A stretch of DNA of 64,000 nt from Eledone cirrhosa (GCA_964016885.1 OZ024764.1:8308001-8372000); one strand, 5' to 3'. Numbered from the stretch's first letter, positions 22,115 through 36,480 are shown. Numbers and translations are program-made. The notes: generated by a model from the letters alone, not told the origin.

Positions 22115-23026
22115 AAGCACCAAATCCACACTGTAAAGTGGTCATGTAGGAGACACAGTAAAAAGGCTCCCAGTCCACACTGTAAAGTGGTCGTGGAGGA
22201 GACACAGTAAAAAGGCTCCCAGTCCACACTGTAAAGTGGTCATGTAGGAGACACAGTAAAAAGGCACCCAGTCCACACTGTAAGGTGGTCATGTAGGAGA
22301 CACAGTAAAAAGGCTCCCAGTCCACACTGTAAAGTGGTCGTGTAGGAGACACAGTAAAAAGGCTCCCAGTCCACACTGTAAAGTGGTCATGTAGGAGACA
22401 CAGTAAAAAGGCCCCCAGTCCACATTGTAAGGTGGTCGTGTAGGAGACACAGTAAAAAGGTTCCCAGTCCACACTGTAAAGTGGTCGTGTAGGAGACACA
22501 GTAAAAAGGCTCCCAGTCCACACTGTAAAATGGTCGTGTAGGAGACACAGTAAAAAGGCTCCCAGTCCACACTGTAAAATGGTCGTATAGGAGACACAGT
22601 AAAAAGGCTCCCAGTCCACACTGTAAAATGGTCGTGTAGGAGACACAGTAAAAAGGCTCCCAGTCCACACTGTAAAGTGGTCGTGTAGGAGACACAGTAA
22701 AAAGGCTCCCAGTCCACACTGTAAGGTGGTCGTGTAGGAGACACGGTAAAAAGGCTCCCAGTCCACAGTGTAAAGTGGTCATGTAGGAGACACAGTAAAA
22801 AGGCTCCCAGTCTACACTGTAAAGTGGCCATGTAGGAGACACAGTAAAAAGACTCCCAGTCCACACTGTAAAGTGGTTGGTCTTAGGAAGGGCATCCAGC
22901 CATAGAAAACCTGGCATATACTGTCCTATAAGAGCGATGCAGTCACCCAACCAATCTTGCTTCAAGTGGGACAAAACCGTCCAACCCGTGCTAGTGTGGA
23001 AAATGGGCATTAGACGATGATGATGA
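22115..23026 (+). repeat. 49-bp minisatellite (~15 copies) within an RTE/SINE 3' tail
   Basis: Unit cccagtccacactgtaaagtggtcgtgtaggagacacagtaaaaaggct, followed by the shared tail. Confidence 0.9.
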
Positions 23027-23157
23027 TATATCACTTTCAGTAGGACAAGGGGTCATCTGCTCTGGCTTGGTTCACATCTGGACAACTCGTCTAACACATG
23101 CTAGCATGGAGAAGTGAATTTTAAATGGAGATAATGACGATGAGCATGATGATATGT

Positions 23158-24240
23158 ATATAATAATGAAATTATTGTGTAAAGTGCTCAGGTGCACTAC
23201 AACTCGTCAAAGGTGTATGTATAGTACATAGAATAATACACAAATGTCAGGGAAGTACATGTGTGTATGTGTTAGCTGTAGTGTTGGCGGATCTCGGGAA
23301 GCATGGAGGCCTTAAAAGATGCAGTGTCTCGACAGCTAACAACTGATGCAGGTAGTTTGTTCCAAGGAGGTTTTAAAGGATGCAGTGTCTCGACAGCTAA
23401 CAACTGATGCAGGGAGTTTGTCCCATGGAGGTTTTAAAGGATGCAGTGTCTCGACAGCTAACAACTGATGCAGGGAGTTTGTTCCATGGAGGCCTTAAAG
23501 GATGCAGTGTCTCGACAGCTAACAACTGAAGCAGGTAGTTTGTCCCATGGAGGTTTTAAAGGATGCAGTGTCTCGACAGCTAACAACTGATGCAGGTAGT
23601 TTGTTCCATGGAGGTTTTAAAGGATGCAGTGTCTCGACAGCTAACAAATGATGCAGGGAGTTTGTCCCATGGAGGTTTTAAAGGATGCAGTGTCTCGACA
23701 GCTAACAACTGATGCAGGGAGTTTGTTCCATGGAGGCCTTAAAGGATGCAGTGTCTCGACAGCTAACAACTGAAGCAGGTAGTTTGTCCCATGGAGGATT
23801 TAAAGGATGCAGTGTCTCGACAGCTAACAACTGATGCAGGTAGTTTGTTCCATGCTTCAGCAACTCTGAGCGTGAAAAAATGTTTCCGAAAGTCATGGGA
23901 ACTGTGCTGTTTTCTTACTTTGTGGGCATGTCCACGTGTGTCCACACATGGAAATCGAAAAAATACTCAGGGTTGTTGTTGGCAACATGGTTAACAATTT
24001 TGTGGGTGTTTACCAAGTCAGTTGCCAGGCGTCGGAGCTTCAATGAATCCATGCCCAGGGAAGCAAGGCGCTCAGAGTATGGTAGATGCCTGATGGAGGG
24101 TATTCGCTTGGTTGCACGTCTCTGAACAGTTTCCAGGCGGTCAATGTCCTGAGCAAGATAGGGGTTCCAGACTGGTGATGCAAATTCTAAGTGTGGTCGC
24201 ACCATAGCTGTATACAGCCTTAAATAGATATCTGGAGAGC
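23158..24240 (-). mobile_element. CR1-like LINE 3' fragment with an internal 60-bp tandem expansion (23310-23855, ~9 copies)
   Basis: Near-identical to 35585-36480. The repeated segment encodes WNKLPASVVSCRDTASFK. Confidence 0.9.
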
Positions 24241-24385
24241 TATGTGTGTTGAACAATGAAAATAAAGCAACTGTCATAAATAAAGTTACATTCTTTATTA
24301 GTTCTTAATTAGTTTGTTAATTAAGAACTCCTTTTCGTCTTTTGTTTTATTTTCATTGTTCAAAACATTCATACACACACGTATA

Positions 24386-24459
24386 TTTATATATATACAT
24401 ATATATAGGAGGAAGTTATATATATATTAATACAAAGAGAGGGAATAGTGAGTGAGAGA

Positions 24460-24499
<40 letters not shown>

Positions 24500-24555
24500 T
24501 ATAGGAGGAAGTTATATATATATTAATACAAAGAGAGGGAGTAGTGAGTGAGAGA

Positions 24556-24593
<38 letters not shown>

Positions 24594-24649
24594 CATAGGA
24601 GGAAGTTATTTATATATTAATACAAAGAGAGGGAATAGTGAGTGAGAAA

Positions 24650-24709
<60 letters not shown>

Positions 24710-24761
24710 GGAGGAAGTTATATATATATTAATACAAAGAGAGGGAATAGTGAGTGAGAAA

Positions 24762-24801
<40 letters not shown>

Positions 24802-24857
24802 TATAGGAGGAAGTTATATATATATTAATACAAAGAGAGGGAGTAGTGAGTGAGAGA

Positions 24858-24925
<68 letters not shown>

Positions 24926-24977
24926 GGAGGAAGTTATATATATATTAATACAAAGAGAGGGAATAGTGAGTGAGAAA

Positions 24978-25017
<40 letters not shown>

Positions 25018-25073
25018 TATAGGAGGAAGTTATATATATATTAATACAAAGAGAGGGAGTAGTGAGTGAGAGA

Positions 25074-25125
<52 letters not shown>

Positions 25126-25200
25126 GGAGGAAGTTATATATATATTAATACAAAGAGAGGGAATAGTGAGTGAGAGAGATGTATATATATATATATATAG
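24386..25200. repeat. Compound minisatellite (ggaggaagttata...gagagggaatagtgagtgaga + (TA)n)
   Basis: About 8 copies with variable TA runs. Confidence 0.88.
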
Positions 25201-25395
25201 AGAGAGAGAGGGGTAGAAAGTGAAATAACAATATTAAGAGGCGAGTGTGAGAGATGTACATATATCATCATCATCATCATCATCATCATTAGCCTCATCT
25301 GAAATCGTCTCAACAATTCATCTCCACGTGGGTCTGTCGTTCATTGCTGTTGCCAAGTCCTGGATTTCAATACCAGAATCTCTGGAGATGATAAC

Positions 25396-26892
25396 GGGAT
25401 AGGAGAGCTTGTGGCCCCTGTTATTAGTGACTGCTTGTGGTTTCTATAGCACTAATGGGGACACAGCCTCAGAGGTGGCACGATGGCAGTGGCCAGCAAA
25501 TTGGGATAGGAGAGCTTGTGGCCCCTGTTATTAGTGACTACTTGTGGTTTCTATAGCACTAATGGGGACACAGCCTCAGAGGTGGCACGATGGCAGTGGC
25601 CAGCAAATTGGGATAGGAGAGCTTGTGGCCCCTGTTATTAGTGACTGTTTGTGGTTTCTATAGCACTAATGGGGACACAGCCTCAGAGGTGGCACGATGG
25701 CAGTGGCCAGTAAATTGGGGTAGGAGAGCTTGTGGCCCCTGTTATTAGTGACTGTTTGTGGTTTCTATAGCACTAATGGGGACACAGCCTCAGAGGTGGC
25801 ACGATGGCAGTGGCCAGCAAATTGGGGTAGGAGAGCTTGTGGCCCCTGTTATTAGTGACTGCTTGTGGTTTCTATAGCACTAATGGGGACACAGCCTCAG
25901 AGGTGGCACGATGGCAGTGGCCAGCAAATTGGGATAGGAGAGCTTGTGGCCCCTGTTATTAGTGACTACTTGTGGTTTCTATAGCACTAATGGGGACACA
26001 GCCTCAGAGGTGGCACGATGGCAGTGGCCAGTAAATTGGGGTAGGAGAGCTTGTGGCCCCTGTTATTAGTGACTGCTTGTGGTTTCTATAGCACTAATGG
26101 GGACACAGCCTCAGAGGTGGCACGATGGCAGTGGCCAGCAAATTGGGGTAGGAGAGCTTGTGGCCCCTGTTATTAGTGACTGCTTGTGGTTTCTATAGCA
26201 CTAATGGGGACACAGCCTCAGAGGTGGCACGATGGCAGTGGCCAGTAAATTGGGGTAGGAGAGCTTGTGGCCCCTGTTATTAGTGACTGCTTGTGGTTTC
26301 TATAGCACTAATGGGGACACAGCCTCAGAGGTGGCACGATGGCAGTGGCCAGCAAATTGGGGTAGGAGAGCTTGTGGCCCCTGTTATTAGTGACTGCTTG
26401 TGGTTTCTATAGCACTAATGGGGACACAGCCTCAGAGGTGGCACGATGGCAGTGGCCAGCAAATTGGGATAGGAGAGCTTGTGGCCCCTGTTATTAGTGA
26501 CTGCTTGTGGTTTCTATAGCACTAATGGGGACACAGCCTCAGAGGTGGCACGATGGCAGTGGCCAGCAAATTGGGATAGGAGAGCTTGTGTCCCCTGTTA
26601 TTAGTGACTGTTTGTGGTTTCTAGAGCACTAATGGGGACACAGCCTCAGAGGTGGCACGATGGCAGTGGCCAGCAAATTGGGATAGGAGAGCTTGTGTCC
26701 CCTGTTATTAGTGACTGTTTGTGGTTTCTAGAGCACTAATGGGGACACAGCCTCAGAGGTGGCACGATGGCAGTGGCCAGAAAATTGGGATAGGAGAGCT
26801 TGTGGCCCCTGTTATTAGTGACTGCTTGTGGTTTCTAGAGCACTAATGGGGACACAGCCTCAGAGGTGGCACGATGGCAGTGGCCAGCAAAT
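25396..26892. repeat. 107-bp satellite (14 copies) derived from LINE ORF2
   Basis: ggataggagagcttgtggcc recurs every 107 bp and the flanks continue the LINE frame. Confidence 0.92.
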
Positions 26893-26999
26893 CTTACTCT
26901 CCTTTTACGCACAACGACAGATATAAATGGGAGGCTGGCATATATCTCTCTCAAAGTCAGATGTCACCAGCTTATGTTCTGAATGTGTCGAAGCAGGCG

Positions 27000-27153
27000 A
27001 GTGTAGGTGACATCAAGGTGGTAGTGGTAGTAGTAGTGTAGGTGCCATCAAGGTGGTAGTGGTAGTAGTGTAAGTGACATCAAGGTAGTAGTGGTAGTAG
27101 TAGTAGTGTAGGGTACCATCAAGGTAGTAGTGGTAGTGTAGGGTGCCATCAAG

Positions 27154-27195
<42 letters not shown>

Positions 27196-27289
27196 TAGGT
27201 GCCATCAAGGTAGTAGTGGTAGTAGTAGTAGTGTAGGGTGCCATCAAGGTAGTAGTAGTAGTAGTAGTAGTAGTGTAGGTGCCATCAAG

Positions 27290-27334
<45 letters not shown>

Positions 27335-27567
27335 TAGGTGCCATCAAGGTAGTAGTGGTAGTAGTAGTAGTGTAGGGTGCCATCAAGGTAGTAGTAGTAG
27401 TAGTAGTAGTAGTAGTGTAGGGTGCCATCAAGGTAGTAGTGGTAGTAGTAGTGTAGGTGACATCAAGGTAGTAGTGGTAGTAGTAGTAGTAGTGTAAGTG
27501 TCATCAAGGTTGTAGTGGTAGTAGTAGTAGTAGTAGTAGTAGTGTAAGTGTCATCAAGGTTGTAGTG

Positions 27568-27603
<36 letters not shown>

Positions 27604-27746
27604 TGTCATCAAGGTGGTAGTAGCAGTAGTGTAGGTGCCATCAAGGTGGTAGTAGTGGTAGTAGTAGTAGTAGTAGTAGTGTAGGGTGCCATCAAGGTAG
27701 TAGTAGTAGTAGTAGTAGTAGTGTAAGTGTCATCAAGGTTGTAGTG

Positions 27747-27779
<33 letters not shown>

Positions 27780-27935
27780 TGTCATCAAGGTAGTAGTAGT
27801 GGTAGTAGTAGTAGTAGTAGTAGTGTAGGGTGCCATCAAGGTGGTAGTAGTGGTAGTAGTAGTAGTAGTAGTAGTGTAGGGTGCCATCAAGGTAGTAGTA
27901 GTAGTAGTAGCAGTAGTGTAGGTGCCATCAAGGTT

Positions 27936-27968
<33 letters not shown>

Positions 27969-28166
27969 TGTCATCAAGGTAGTAGTGGTAGTAGTAGTAG
28001 TAGTAGTAGTAGTAGTGTAGGTGCCATCAAGGTGGTAGTAGTGGTAGTAGTAGTAGTAGTAGTAGTGTGTCATCAAGGTTGTAGTGGTAGTAGTAGTAGT
28101 AGTAGTAGTAGTGTAGGTGCCATCAAGGTGGTAGTAGTGGTAGTAGTAGTAGTGTGTCATCAAGGT
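27000..28166. repeat. Compound minisatellite gtgtaggtgccatcaagg + (TAG)n
   Basis: The core is the reverse complement of the LINE codons for LDGTY. Confidence 0.88.
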
Positions 28167-28199
28167 GCTTTTGTTGTTTGGATGAAAGCATCCATGTTT

Positions 28200-30603
28200 A
28201 CAGAAGATCCGCCTTGCCCAAGTACAAAGCGAAACCTACAGTCAGTGGGCTCCTCCTAACCAAGAATACACACACCCCCATCCCAAGACCCTTACCCCCA
28301 CCCCCATCTACACCTAAAGCTATGTTGGTACCACAACATCCAGTCCGAAACAAATGAGGTCGTGTAGGTGTCACGACAAAAAACACACCGTCCACGCTGT
28401 AATGTGGCCGTGTAGGCAACACGGTAAAAACCTCCCAGTTCCACACTGTAAATGTGGTTGGTGTTAGGAAGGGCATCCAGCTGTAGAATACCCGCCAGAC
28501 AGTCCACGCTGTAATGTGGCCGTGTAGGCAACACGGTAAAAACCTCCCAGCCCCACACTGTAAACGTGGTTGGTGTTAGGAAGGGCATCCAGCTGTAGAA
28601 AACCCACCAGACAGTCCACGCTGTAATGTGGCCGTGTAGGTAACATGGTAAAAACCTCCCAGACCCACACTGTAAACGTGGTTGGTGTTAGGAAGGGCAT
28701 CCAGCTGTAGAAAACCTGCCAGACAGTCCATGCTGTAATGTGGCCGTGTAGGCAACACGGTAAAAACCTCCTAGAGCCCCACACTGTAAACGTGGTTGGT
28801 GTTAGGAAGGGCATCCAGCCGTAGAAAACCCGCCAGACAGTCCACGCTGTAATGTGACCGTGTAGGTAACACGGTAAAAACCTCCCAGTCCACACTGTAA
28901 ACGTGGTTGGTGTTAGGAAGGGCATCCAGCCGTAGAAAACCCGCCAGACAGTCCACGCTGTAATGTGGCCGTGTAGGCAACACGGTAAAAACCTCCCAGT
29001 TCCACACTGTAAATGTGGTTGGTGTTAGGAAGGGCATCCAGCTGTAGAATACCCGCCAGACAGTCCACGCTGTAATGTGGCCGTGTAGGCAACACGGTAA
29101 AAACCTCCCAGCCCCACACTGTAAACGTGGTTGGTGTTAGGAAGGGCATCCAGCTGTAGAAAACCCACCAGACAGTCCACGCTGTAATGTGGCCGTGTAG
29201 GTAACACGGTAAAAACCTCCCAGACCCACACTGTAAACGTTGTTGGTGTTAGGAAGGGCATCCAGCTGTAGAAAACCTGCCAGACAGTCCATGCTGTAAT
29301 GTGGCCGTGTAGGCAACACGGTAAAAACCTCCTAGAGCCCCACACTGTAAACGTGGTTGGTGTTAGGAAGGGCATCCAGCCGTAGAAAACCCGCCAGACA
29401 GTCCACGCTGTAATGTGGCCGTGTAGGTAACACGGTAAAAACCTCCCAGACCCACACTGTAAATGTGGTTGGTGTTAGGAAGGGCATCCAGCCGTAGAAA
29501 ACCTGCCAGACAGTCCACGCTGTAATGTGGCCGTGTAGGTAACACGGTAAAAACCTCCCAGACCCACACTGTAAACGTGGTTGGTGTTAGGAAGGGCATC
29601 CAGCCGTAGAAAACCCGCCAGACAGTCCACGCTGTAATGTGACCGTGTAGGTAACACGGTAAAAACCTCCCAGTCCACACTGTAAACGTGGTTGGTGTTA
29701 GGAAGGGCATCCAGCCGTAGAAAACCCGCCAGACAGTCCACGCTGTAATGTGGCCGTGTAGGTAACACGGTAAAAACCTCCCAGCCCCACACTGTAAACG
29801 TGGTTGGTGTTTGGAAGGGCATCCAGCTGTAGAAAACCCGCCAGATAGTCCACGCTGTAATGTGGCCGTGTAGGTAACACGGTAAAAACCTCCCAGTCCA
29901 CACTGTAAACGTGGTTGGTGTTAGGAAGGGCATCCAGCCGTAGAAAACCCGCCAGACAGTCCACGCTGTAATGTGGCCGTGTAGGTAACACGGTAAAAAT
30001 CTCCCAGACCCACACTGTAAACGTGGTTGGTGTTAGGAAGGGCATCCAGCTGTAGAAAACCCGCCAGACAGTCCACGCTGTAATGTGACCGTGTAGGTAA
30101 CACGGTAAAAACCTCCCAGTCCACACTGTAAACGTGGTTGGTGTTAGGAAGGGCATCCAGCCGTAGAAAACCCGCCAGACAGTCCACGCTGTAATGTGGC
30201 CGTGTAGGTAACACGGTAAAAACCTCCCAGCCCCACACTGTAAACGTGGTTGGTGTTTGGAAGGGCATCCAGCTGTAGAAAACCCGCCAGATAGTCCACG
30301 CTGTAATGTGGCCGTGTAGGTAACACGGTAAAAACCTCCCAGTCCACACTGTAAACGTGGTTGGTGTTAGGAAGGGCATCCAGCCGTAGAAAACCCGCCA
30401 GACAGTCCACGCTGTAATGTGGCCGTGTAGGTAACACGGTAAAAACCTCCCAGACCCACACTGTAAACGTGGTTGGTGTTAGGAAGGGCATCCAGCCGTA
30501 GAAAACCCGCCAGACAGTCCTATACGAGCAAGACAACCAATCTTGCCTCACGTGGGACAATTCCTGTCTAAACCCATGCTAGCGTGGAAGATGGACGTTA
30601 AAC

Positions 30604-30636
<33 letters not shown>
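28200..30636 (+). repeat. RTE-type 3' UTR insertion with a 112-bp array (~19 copies; shorter arrays at 41220-41800, 44230-44460, 60170-60410)
   Basis: Unit gtccacgctgtaatgtggccg...ttaggaagggcatccagc...cagaca, ending in ggacgttaaac(GAT)n. Confidence 0.88.
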
Positions 30637-30637
<1 letters not shown>

Positions 30638-30789
30638 CACTTCCATATAGCAAGATTGGTTCAATTGTTACTTGGAAGAGTCTAATCTTGGTGTGGTTGG
30701 AAAGATTTGAGCACCAGACTTGATCCATCTTGTTGCAAGCTGGCCATGCTGGGTCCTTTCTGGTGGCAAAATCCTTCTCAGAGTCACAA

Positions 30790-31721
30790 CTGTTTCTACT
30801 TTAGGCACAAGGCCAGCAATTATCATATGTTTTATCACCACCACCACCACCACCACCACCACTAGAACCACAATCATCACCACCATCATCATCGTCGTCA
30901 CCATCACCATCACCATCACCATCACCACCACCACCACCACCACCCCCAACATCATCACCACCACCACCACCACCACCACTAGAACCACAATCATCATCAC
31001 CACCACCACCACCACCACCACCACCACCACCACCACCAACATCATCACCACCACCACCACTAGAACCACAATCATCGTCACCATCATCATCACCATCACC
31101 ACCACCACCAACACCACCACCCCCAACATCATCACCACCACCACCACCACCACCACTAGAACCACAATCATCGTCACCATCACCATCACCATCACCACCA
31201 CCACCAACACCACCACCCCCAACATCATCACCACCACCACCACCACCACCACTAGAACCACAATCATCGTCACCATCATCACCACCACCAACACCACCAC
31301 CCCCAACATCATCACCACCACCACCACCACCACCACCACCACCACCACCACTAGAACCACAATCATCGTCACCACCACCACCCCCAACATCATCACCACC
31401 ACCACCACCACCACCACTAGAACCACAATCATCGTCACCACCACCACCACCAACACCACCACCCCCAACATCATCACCACCACCACCACCACCATCACCA
31501 CCACCCCCAACATCATCACCACCACCACCACCACCACCACCACCACTACCAACACTTTGAATAAATAATTGTTTCTACTTTAGGCACAAGGCCAGCAAAT
31601 ATCCAGTGCATTACTGGTACTTTATTTAATATCGACCCCGTAAGGATGAAAGGCAAAGTCAACCTCGGCGGGATTTGAACTCAGATCGTAAAGGGACGTA
31701 ACTATGCTGGAAAGCATGGCG
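30790..31721 (-). mobile_element. SINE family B insertion carrying a ~730-bp (ACC/ATC) minisatellite (30834-31555)
   Basis: Flanked by the apparent TSD tcagagtca(c/t)aa (30778-30789, 31722-31733). The SINE tail is present on both sides of the triplet array. Confidence 0.72.
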
Positions 31722-32539
31722 TCAGAGTCATAATGTAGTTTTGTAGTTTTCAAGAATGTCTTGCTAATGTGGTTTCATGTGGTACAGGACGCTAATAGCT
31801 TAAAATATTCAATACAACAGAACAATATCAATAATTAATAATAATTGTTTCTACATTTGACACAAGGCCAGCAATTACCCCAGTGCATTACTGGTACTTT
31901 ATTTTATCGACCCTGAAAGGATGAAAGGCAAAGTTAACCTCGGCGGGATTTTAACTCAGAATGGCAAGGGCCGTAACTCTATGCTGCAAAGCATGGCGTT
32001 CGACCCTCTACCGATACTGCCAGTCCTCCACCCTTAATAAATAACTATAATGATGATAATAATAATTTTTTCTACTTTTGGCACAAGGCCAGCAATTACC
32101 CCAGTGTATTACTGGTACTTTATTTTATCGACCCCAAAAGGATGAAAGGCAAAGTTAACCTCGGCGGGATTTGAACTCAGAATGGCAAGGGCCGTAACTC
32201 TATGCGCCAAAGCATGGCGTCCGACCCTCTACCGATACTGCCAATTCACCGCCCAATGATGATAATAATAATGATAATAAAGACCTTGGTGATACAATGA
32301 CTCCATTACTTGAGATAAACAACAACGCAATAGATGCATATATATATATATATATATATGTATATATGTGTGTGTGTGTGTGTATATATATGTATATATA
32401 TATATGTATATATATATAGAGAATAAGAAAAAGCGAAGTAGTTTAAGATGCTAAAGTCCTTTAATGATAATGTTGTGATATATATATGTATATATATATA
32501 TTTAACTTTTTGTCTGTTGATCTCTATATATGTGTGTAC

Positions 32540-32571
<32 letters not shown>

Positions 32572-32594
32572 ATGTATATATATATATATATATG

Positions 32595-32636
<42 letters not shown>

Positions 32637-32701
32637 TATGTGTGTGTTTATGTGTCTATCTACTCAGATCTCTAGAGAGAGAGAGATGGATAGATAGACA
32701 T

Positions 32702-32738
<37 letters not shown>

Positions 32739-32805
32739 CATAGAGAGAGAGAGCGAGAGAGATGGATAGACATACACACACACATCTATATACACACACA
32801 CACAC

Positions 32806-32860
<55 letters not shown>

Positions 32861-32913
32861 GATAGAGAGAGAGAGAGAGAGACATACACATACACACATA
32901 TATATACACACAC

Positions 32914-32960
<47 letters not shown>

Positions 32961-32971
32961 TAGACATACAC

Positions 32972-33006
<35 letters not shown>

Positions 33007-33449
33007 TGTCATTTTGTAATAACAAATTGCTGTATATTTATTTACACAGAGATAGAGAATGGCTACACGGGGTGGGGGTGTGACGTAAGATGTCCTGGTG
33101 GGGTGGGGGTGGGGGTAGAAGGGTGGCTGGGGTAGAGGGGTAGAAGGGTGGAGGGGTGGAATCTTTACATAGAAGAGCAATCACACAGCCACCTCTCTCT
33201 CTTTCTACAAAGAAAACACTGAACACAATGGAAGCTATCCATTATACTCTCTTGTTTGTATAAGGTGTTCACAGTGATGGTGTGTGGGTCGGTGGTTAGG
33301 AGTGTTGGTGTTGCAGCCATAAGGTCATAGGTTCGATTCCTGGACCAGATTGAATATTCAGTTCTTCAGCAAGATCTTTCATTTTTGTTGTTTTTTCATT
33401 ATAGGATGAGGACCCTACTATTATAAAAACACATAAGAAATGTGTCCTA

Positions 33450-33900
33450 ACAGATACAACCTTGTAGGAGACCAGCTAAACCTACATAGGTGTGAGCTGT
33501 AACAACATGATAGGACTGGGATCCCTATCATTAAAACACCCAAGAAACCTCCTATGAGATACAACCTTGTAGGAGTCCAGCTAAACCTCCATATGTGTGA
33601 GCTGTAACAACATGATAGGACTGGGATCCCTATCATTAAAACACCCAAGAAACCTCCTATGAGATACAACCTTGTAGGAGACCAGCTAAACCTACATAGG
33701 TGTGAGCTGTAACAACATGATAGGGCTGGGGTCCCTATATTAGATACAACCTTGTAGCAGGCCAGCTAAACCTACATAGGTGTGAGCTGTAACAACATGA
33801 TAGGACTGGGATCTTTCCATTAAAACACCTGAGAAACCTCCTATGAGATAGAACTTTGTAGGGGGCTAGCCAAACCTACATAGGTGTGAACTGTAACAAC
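33450..33900. repeat. ~105-bp tandem repeat (4-5 diverged copies)
   Basis: agatacaaccttgtaggag at 33452, 33557 and 33662. Confidence 0.85.
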
Positions 33901-33926
33901 AACAATATATATACACATACACACAC

Positions 33927-33979
<53 letters not shown>

Positions 33980-33981
<2 letters not shown>

Positions 33982-34580
33982 GATGGCTGCACCCTCGTTA
34001 TCGAGTATGGCCATTGCACAATATACCATTATTAATAATTATTAATTAATTTTATCGTGCAATGCCTGTGCATGAAGATATTTTTTAAAGTGAGGACAGA
34101 CTGTGCACTGAGCCAATCCCACTCTCTGAGAGACAGTAGCTATAACCTGAAAAGAAGAAAAGATCAACATCATCTGTAACTACTGAGCCGCAGGATTTAT
34201 ATTGGAGTTATCCCAGTTTCCTGAGTTACCTTCTCCTAGAAGAATGCCCTGACAAAGGCTAGGGGTCCTTTACTCACCATGTGATCGGGTGTCCAGCCCG
34301 ACTATTTCTATGTCCCCGCGCATATACATACACATGCACCCATGCATATACACATACGTATGTACATGTGTATATACATATTTACACACTTTTGGATGGC
34401 CGTTGACTCTTATGAGTTCTTCTGCCCTTTGTCAGCTTTTGCTTTTTGTCCTGCAGGGTGTCCAAAATCACCCTCCTCACCAAGTAAACTTGGTGGGGTT
34501 GCCGGTTTAGTTGCTGACGACCGGACCATGTGACAGGTTGTACTGGGTTACATGTTACCTGTAGCACTCAAGAGTGACCC
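33980..34580 (-). mobile_element. ~600-bp non-coding retroelement (RTE-like 5' UTR joined to a LINE-like 3' end); second copy at 40188-40775
   Basis: Two diverged colinear copies, both flanked by (TA)n, with a taggagaagg motif and a structured 5' end. Confidence 0.6.
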
Positions 34581-35327
34581 GATATAATATATACATATAT
34601 ATATATATATATACATACATACATACATATATACATGAGATTGGAAATAGCACTGAAAATATATTTAAGGGTCTGTTTTTCTTTTCTTTGATTCATCTCC
34701 TTCTCAACAAGAAAGATGTAAAAAAACTTAGCTCAACACTTAATTGGAAATCTTTAATTTTTAGATTTTAATCCTTATTAATTGTAATACTCAACATTTG
34801 ATAGGATGAATTTTACTAATACATCAAAACTTTATATACTTTATATACTTTACATACTTTATAAACATTATATACTTTATATACATTTTATACCTTATAT
34901 ACTTTATATATTTTATATACATTATATACTTTATATACTTTATATACTTTATATATTTAATATACTTTATATACATTAGGTGAAGGCGTGTGGCTGAGTG
35001 GTTAGAGAATTGGATTCACAATCTTGAGGTTGTGAGTTCGATTCGTGGACCGGGCGATGCGTTATGTCCTTGAGCAAGACACTTTATTTCACGTTGCTCC
35101 TTCTACCTGGAGTTGCGACCGATAGATAGTACTAGCAACTGGAAAGACCGACGGAAACATTGTTTCCTCGGTCCGATTTGACGAAAGTCGATCGATCCTT
35201 TTTATATTTTTTATAAAACTCTTTTTTAAAAGAATTATCCCTCTCGTTTTTTTCAATAATGTCACTTTGACAAATCAAAGAAAGGGAAAAAAAATCAGAT
35301 TCTTAAATATATTTTCAGTGCTATTTC

Positions 35328-35426
<99 letters not shown>

Positions 35427-35584
35427 TACACAGAAAGACAAATGTATATATATATATATATATATATACATATATTGATATTCATATACACACATACATA
35501 TAATATATACCAACACACACAAACACACACACACACATATATATATATATACACACACATAGGCATTTATATATGTATATATAT

Positions 35585-36465
35585 ATAAAAAGGACAGATC
35601 CTGAACACTATAGATCTTGCTTGCAGTCTGACCTGGACACAATGCAACAGTGGATCTCAGACTGGCAACTCAAGCTAGCTGTGGACAAGTGCACCACCAT
35701 GCATTTTGGGAGTAAAAACCCAGCGTCCACATACTCCCTCCACAGCACTAATATCAAGAAGTCTTCCTGTGAACGTGACCTGGGCATTACGGTCAGCAGC
35801 GATTTGCATTGGACGAGGCACGTCTCTAAAATTGTCAAGAGGGCCGAGGGTGTCTTAGCATCACTCAGCAAGACCTTTGTCAGCCGCTCTCCAGATATCT
35901 ATTTAAGGCTGTATACAGCTATGGTGCGACCACACTTAGAATTTGCATCACCAGTCTGGAACCCCTATCTTGCTCAGGACATTGACCGCCTGGAAACTGT
36001 TCAGAGACGTCGTGCAACCAAGCGAATACCCTCCATCAGGCATCTACCATACTCTGAGCGCCTTGCTTCCCTGGGCATGGATTCATTGAAGCTCCGACGC
36101 CTGGCAACTGACTTGGTAAACACCCACAAAATTGTTAACCATGTTGCCAACAACAACTCTGAGTGCCTTTTCGATTTCCATGTGTCTAACACACGTGGAC
36201 ATGCCCACAAAGTAAGAAAACAGCACAGTTCCCATGACTTTCGGAAACATTTTTTCACGCTCAGAGTTGCTGAAGCATGGAACAAACTACCTGCATCAGT
36301 TGTTAGCTGTCGAGACACTGCATCCTTTAAGGCCTCCATGCTTCCCGAGATCCGCCAACACTACAGCTAACACATACAAACATGTACTTCCCTGGCATTT
36401 GTGTATTATTCTATGTACTATATTGACGAGTTGTAGTGCACCTGAGCACTTTACACAATAATTTC

Positions 36466-36480
<15 letters not shown>
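35585..36480 (+). mobile_element. 5'-truncated CR1-like LINE
   Basis: RT C-terminal ORF 35573-36370 and a (TTA)n tail. Confidence 0.9.

Larger units (their letters stand above)
25266..31780 (-). mobile_element. Old RTE-like LINE 3' fragment broken up by satellites and insertions
   Basis: Minus-strand pieces read colinearly: DSEKDF..KIRLFQVTIEPILLYGSE (30637-30785), TWMLSSKQQKHLD (28155-28200), YTRLLRHIQNISW..RRVRFAGHCHR (26870-27010), SYP..ISRDSG..DLATAMNDRPTWR (25310-25420). Confidence 0.72.

Noticed and set aside
30668-31568. Mucin-like poly-Thr / poly-Val ORFs
   Set aside because: A triplet minisatellite inside a TSD-flanked SINE.
34980-35060. tRNA gene
   Set aside because: The A/B boxes continue directly into a SINE body and there is no convincing acceptor stem.
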